A stretch of DNA of 64,000 bases from assembly GCF_009914755.1 (NCBI RefSeq), contig NC_060929.1. One strand, 5' to 3'. A program made the position numbers and the translations under genes. The notes beneath the pieces were generated by a model. That model was given only the letters and a program-made list of their open reading frames with translations, ran no database searches and was not told the DNA's origin. Origin of the DNA: the human T2T-CHM13v2.0 reference genome, Homo sapiens. This document shows positions 60,116 through 64,000 of this stretch, piece after piece (the stretch's first letter is position 1; each line of letters starts with the position of its first letter).

Positions 60116-60621
60116 CTGAATCAAATTCCTGAGGTTATAAATAGGACACTTATTCAGCCATGACAGAAGATTATATAATTGATTATTTACTGGCTTGATG
60201 AAACAATAATTTAGTTGTTTATTAAATCTTTTGAGGTGCTTTTTTTTTTTTTTTTTTACTGTTAGTTAAAAGAGTCTTTAAGAATTCTGGATTTTATAAA
60301 CTGAGAGACTGGGTAATTTACCCTATGTTTCCTATAGTGGTTTTCCTAAATTTCTCATTTTGAAGCAAATAGGAAAAAAATAAAAGAAAGCAGAAGTTCA
60401 TGTGAAAGTTTTTTTTTTTTTTCCAGAATGCTATTGTTTTATCTTTCCTGGATGAAAAAGAAGGAAATATACTTAGGTGTACTTGTTCATTCAATATATA
60501 TTTATGAAGCACCTATTATGAACCTGATATTTATTTAGATGCTAAGCACATAAAAGGAAATAAAACAAAAAAATTCCCTGATCTCATGGAACACCTGCTT
60601 TAGTGAACCTAAGTTTAAATA

Positions 60622-63292
60622 TAGGCACACCTTATTTTATTGTACTTTGTTTTACTGTGTTTCGCAGGTATTGTGATTTAAGTTTGTGGCAACCTTGTGT
60701 CGAGTAAATCTATTGGTGCTGTTGGTGTCATTTTCCCAACAGCAGACATTCTTTTCATGTCCCTGTGTTACATTTTAATAATTCTTGCCAAAGAATGACA
60801 AACTTGCTAAATGTCCTATGTGCTCTCACTACTCCATCAACTGGCTGTTTTCCATTTTTTCCTCCCTCTCCTTGGGCCTTCCTATCCCCTGAGACATAAT
60901 ATTTAAGTTAAACCAGCTAATAACCCTACAATGGCCCCTAAATGTTGAAGTGAAATGAAAAGTCACACATCTCTCACTTTCACTCAAAACTAGAAATGAC
61001 TCAGCTTAGTGAAGAAGGCATGTTGAAAGCTGAGATAGCCTGTAAGTTAGGCCTCATGTGCCAACCATTTGGCCAAGTTGTGAATGCAAAACAAATGTTT
61101 TTGAAGGAAATTTAAAGTGCTACTCCAGTGAACACACAAATGATAAGAAAGCAAAACAGCCTTATTGCTGATATGGAGAAAGTTTTAGTAGTCTGGGTGG
61201 AAGATCAACCAGCCACAACATTTCTTTCAGGAAAAGCCTACTCCAGAGTATGGTCCTAATTCTCAATTTTATGAAGGCTGACAGAAGTAAGAAAGCTGCA
61301 GAAGAAAAGTTTGAATCTAGCAGAGGTTGGTTCATGAGGCTTAAGGAAATAAGCTATCTCCATAATATAAAAGTACAAGGTGAAACAGTAAGTGCTTATG
61401 TAGTAACCACAGCATGTTATCCAGATCATCTAGTTAAGATAAATTACGAAGGTGGCTACACTACACAACACAACAGATTTTCAGTGTGAATAAGACAGTC
61501 TTCTATTGGAAGAAGATACCATCTAACACTTCCACAGTTAGACAGAAAAAGTAAATGCCTGGCTTCAGAGCTTTAAACAAGGCTGATGCTCTTGTTAGGA
61601 GACAACACAATTGGAACTGACTGTATTAGTCAGTCCTTGCATTGCTATAAAGACATAACTGAGACTGGGCAGTTTATAAAGAAAAGAGGTTTAATTGGCT
61701 CAAAGTTCTTCAGGCTGTACAGGAAGCATAGTGGCTTCTGGGGAGGCCTCAGGAAAGTTACAATCATGGCTGAAGGCAAAGGGGAAGCAGGTACTCCTTA
61801 CATGGCTGGCACATAAGAAAAAGATGGGGGGAGGTGCCATACACTTTCAAACAATCAGATTTCCTGAGCACTCTATCACAAGAACAGCACCAAAGGGATG
61901 ATGCTAACCTTTCATAAATGATACACCCCCATAATTGAATCACCTCCCACTCAAGCCCCACCTCCAACATTTGGGATTATGATTAAATATGAGATTTGGG
62001 TGGGGACACAGATCCAAACCATATTTGTGACTTCCAATTGAAGCCAAGGCTATAGTGTTAAGGCCTTTAAAAATTATGCTAAATGTAATTTGAGTGTTAT
62101 CTATGAATAGGATAGCAATGTCTAGATGATAGCATATTTGTTTACATAGTGGTTTACTAAATACTTTAAGCCCACTGTTGAGACCTACTGCTCAGAATAA
62201 AATATTTCTTTTAAAGTGTTACTGCTCATTGACAATATACCTAGTCATCCAAGAGATCCGATGGAAATTTACAAGGAGATTAATTCTGTTTTCCTGCTTG
62301 CTAACACAACATCTATTCTGTAGCTCATGGATCAAGGAGTAATTTTAACACTTAAACCTCATTATTTAAGAAATAGTTTTTTAAGGCTATGGTTTCCATA
62401 GATAGTAATTCTTCTCTTGGATCTGGGCAAAGTAAACAGAAAACCTTCTGGGAAGGATTCACGATTTTAGATGTCATTAAGAACATTTGTGATTCATGGG
62501 AAGAGGTAAAAAAATAAACAGTAATAGGAATTTGAAAGCAGTTGGCTCCACAACTCATAAATGACTTTGAGAAGTTCAAGACTTCAGTGGAAGAAGTTAC
62601 TGCAGATATGGTACAAATAGCAAGAGAATTATAATTAGATATAAAGCCTTGAGATGTGAATGAATTGTTGCAATCTCATGGTAAAATGTGAACAAATGAG
62701 GGGTTGCTTCTTATGGATGAACAAAGAAAGTGGTTACTTGAGATGGAATTTATTCTGGGTAAAGATGCCATGAAAATTGTTCAAATGACAACAAACATTT
62801 TGAATATTACATAAACCTAGTTGATGAAGCAGTGGAAATGTTTGTAAAGATTGACCTCCAATTTGAAAAAAGTTTTACTACAGCTGGAATGTTGTCAAAC
62901 ATCACCACATTCCACAGAAAAATCTTTCATTAAAGGAAGCGGAAGCCTATTGCAAACTTCATTGCTGTCTTATCTTAAGAAAGTGCCCCAGCCACCACAA
63001 ACTTCAGCAGCTACCACCTTGATCAGTCAGCAGCCATCAACATCAGGGCAAGACACTCCACTAGCAAAAAGATTATGACTCACTGAAGGCTCAGATGATT
63101 GCTAGCATATTTTAGTGGTAAAAGATTTTGAAATTAAGGTATGTATATTGTTTTTTGGACATAATGATATTATACACTGAATAGACTACAGTATAACATA
63201 ACTCTATATAACCTTGGAAATAAAAAGAAATATGTCACTTGCTTTTTGCTGTGATCTGGAACCAAATACACAATATCTTGAAGATATGCCTG
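60622..63292 (+). mobile_element. Tigger1 DNA transposon, near full length, decayed pogo-family transposase
   Basis: TIRs taggcacacct / agatatgcctg with TA flanks; [16 protein letters not shown] motif; DDE-region remnants ctcattgacaat and atggatcaaggagtaatt. Confidence 0.92.
61622..62026 (-). mobile_element. MSTA/MSTB solo LTR inserted in Tigger1
   Basis: tgtattagtcagtccttgcattgctataaag...gggacacagatccaaaccatat; TSD ctgac/gtgac. Confidence 0.88.
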
Positions 63293-64000
63293 TATTGAGA
63301 ATATCTTATTTTAAATGGAAAATAAGTTAATGATAATACAGTATGGTTTTTCATGAATTGGATAGAAAAACATTGTGATTTATCAACATCACTTTCATAA
63401 TTAAATTTTCATTTCTCTGATTAGGTCTTAGAAAGAAATGAGCCAAAATAAATAGGCTCTGGCTTCTGAAATGACTACCTTTTCAAGACATAAGTACTGG
63501 GGTGGTTGTTTTGATTTATTAGAAACTTGAGCTTCTGCAATTTGTATCATGTTATAAGTCCTAAATATGTTACTCTGATTCCTCTTGGACAAAATATAAA
63601 TGGGGACTGGTCTATCTGAAACGTTGGTTCTGGAGTAGCCAGTGGACAATCTACCATCAGAGATCTCTTCCCAGGAAAAATCCCTGACCTGGTTTGATAA
63701 TGCAAAAGTAGATAGTTTGTGTTACTTATATCCTTATTCATAAACTTGTTTGTAATGTACAGTTAGTGGTATATGTTAAGGCATAGTCCATACAAGTGCA
63801 CCAGAGTCCAGATTCAGGCCACTGGAACTAGTATGAAGGTCCAGGAGCAAAAGAAACCTAGATTAAAGCAATTTTTATGAGTTTGACTCAACTGTAGCTT
63901 GTGATTTGATCATATGTGGAAAACATGAAGAAAGGGTCATTCTTTGCTTTCTCATCCATTTCACAGGGTAGGTATCAAAGTAAAATTTCTGTGTGTGCTT

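Noticed and set aside
59941-60132. Arg-rich, protamine-like ORF
   Set aside because: Translation of the polypurine simple repeat.
60997-62400. Domesticated Tigger transposase (TIGD-like) gene
   Set aside because: The reading frame has stops and frameshifts and is split by an MST LTR.

Overview
AT-rich primate (very probably human) genomic DNA with no intact protein-coding exon, RNA gene or CRISPR array. Bases 1-13,000 are repeat-poor and contain a locally CpG-rich promoter with a probable non-coding first exon on the minus strand (about 11,786-12,170, donor AAG|GTAGGA). Everything to its left would then be intron 1. From memory the exon resembles the CDH10 5' UTR, but this is unverified and needs BLAT. 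From 15.9 kb on, the window is mostly transposon fossils. The main structure is a nest: a MER39-like LTR holds a deleted HERV-K(HML-6)/LTR3 provirus (6-bp TSD TCTAAC), which in turn holds an AluSc in gag and a full-length L1PA in its 3' LTR. Further right are several Alus, MaLR/ERVL/ERV1 LTRs, an L1MA split by MER52 and MSTA, and Tigger1/3/4. The most unusual observations are a tRNA-Lys primer-binding-site relic inside the HML-6 LTR, a 175-bp local inverted templated duplication with snap-back filler, candidate micro/alternative exons in intron 1, chained uORFs in the first exon, a MaLR element with mismatched LTRs, and a 150-bp tandem duplication. I found no evidence for a wholly new biological system. 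Repeat subfamily names come from recalled consensus sequences and should be confirmed with RepeatMasker/Dfam.
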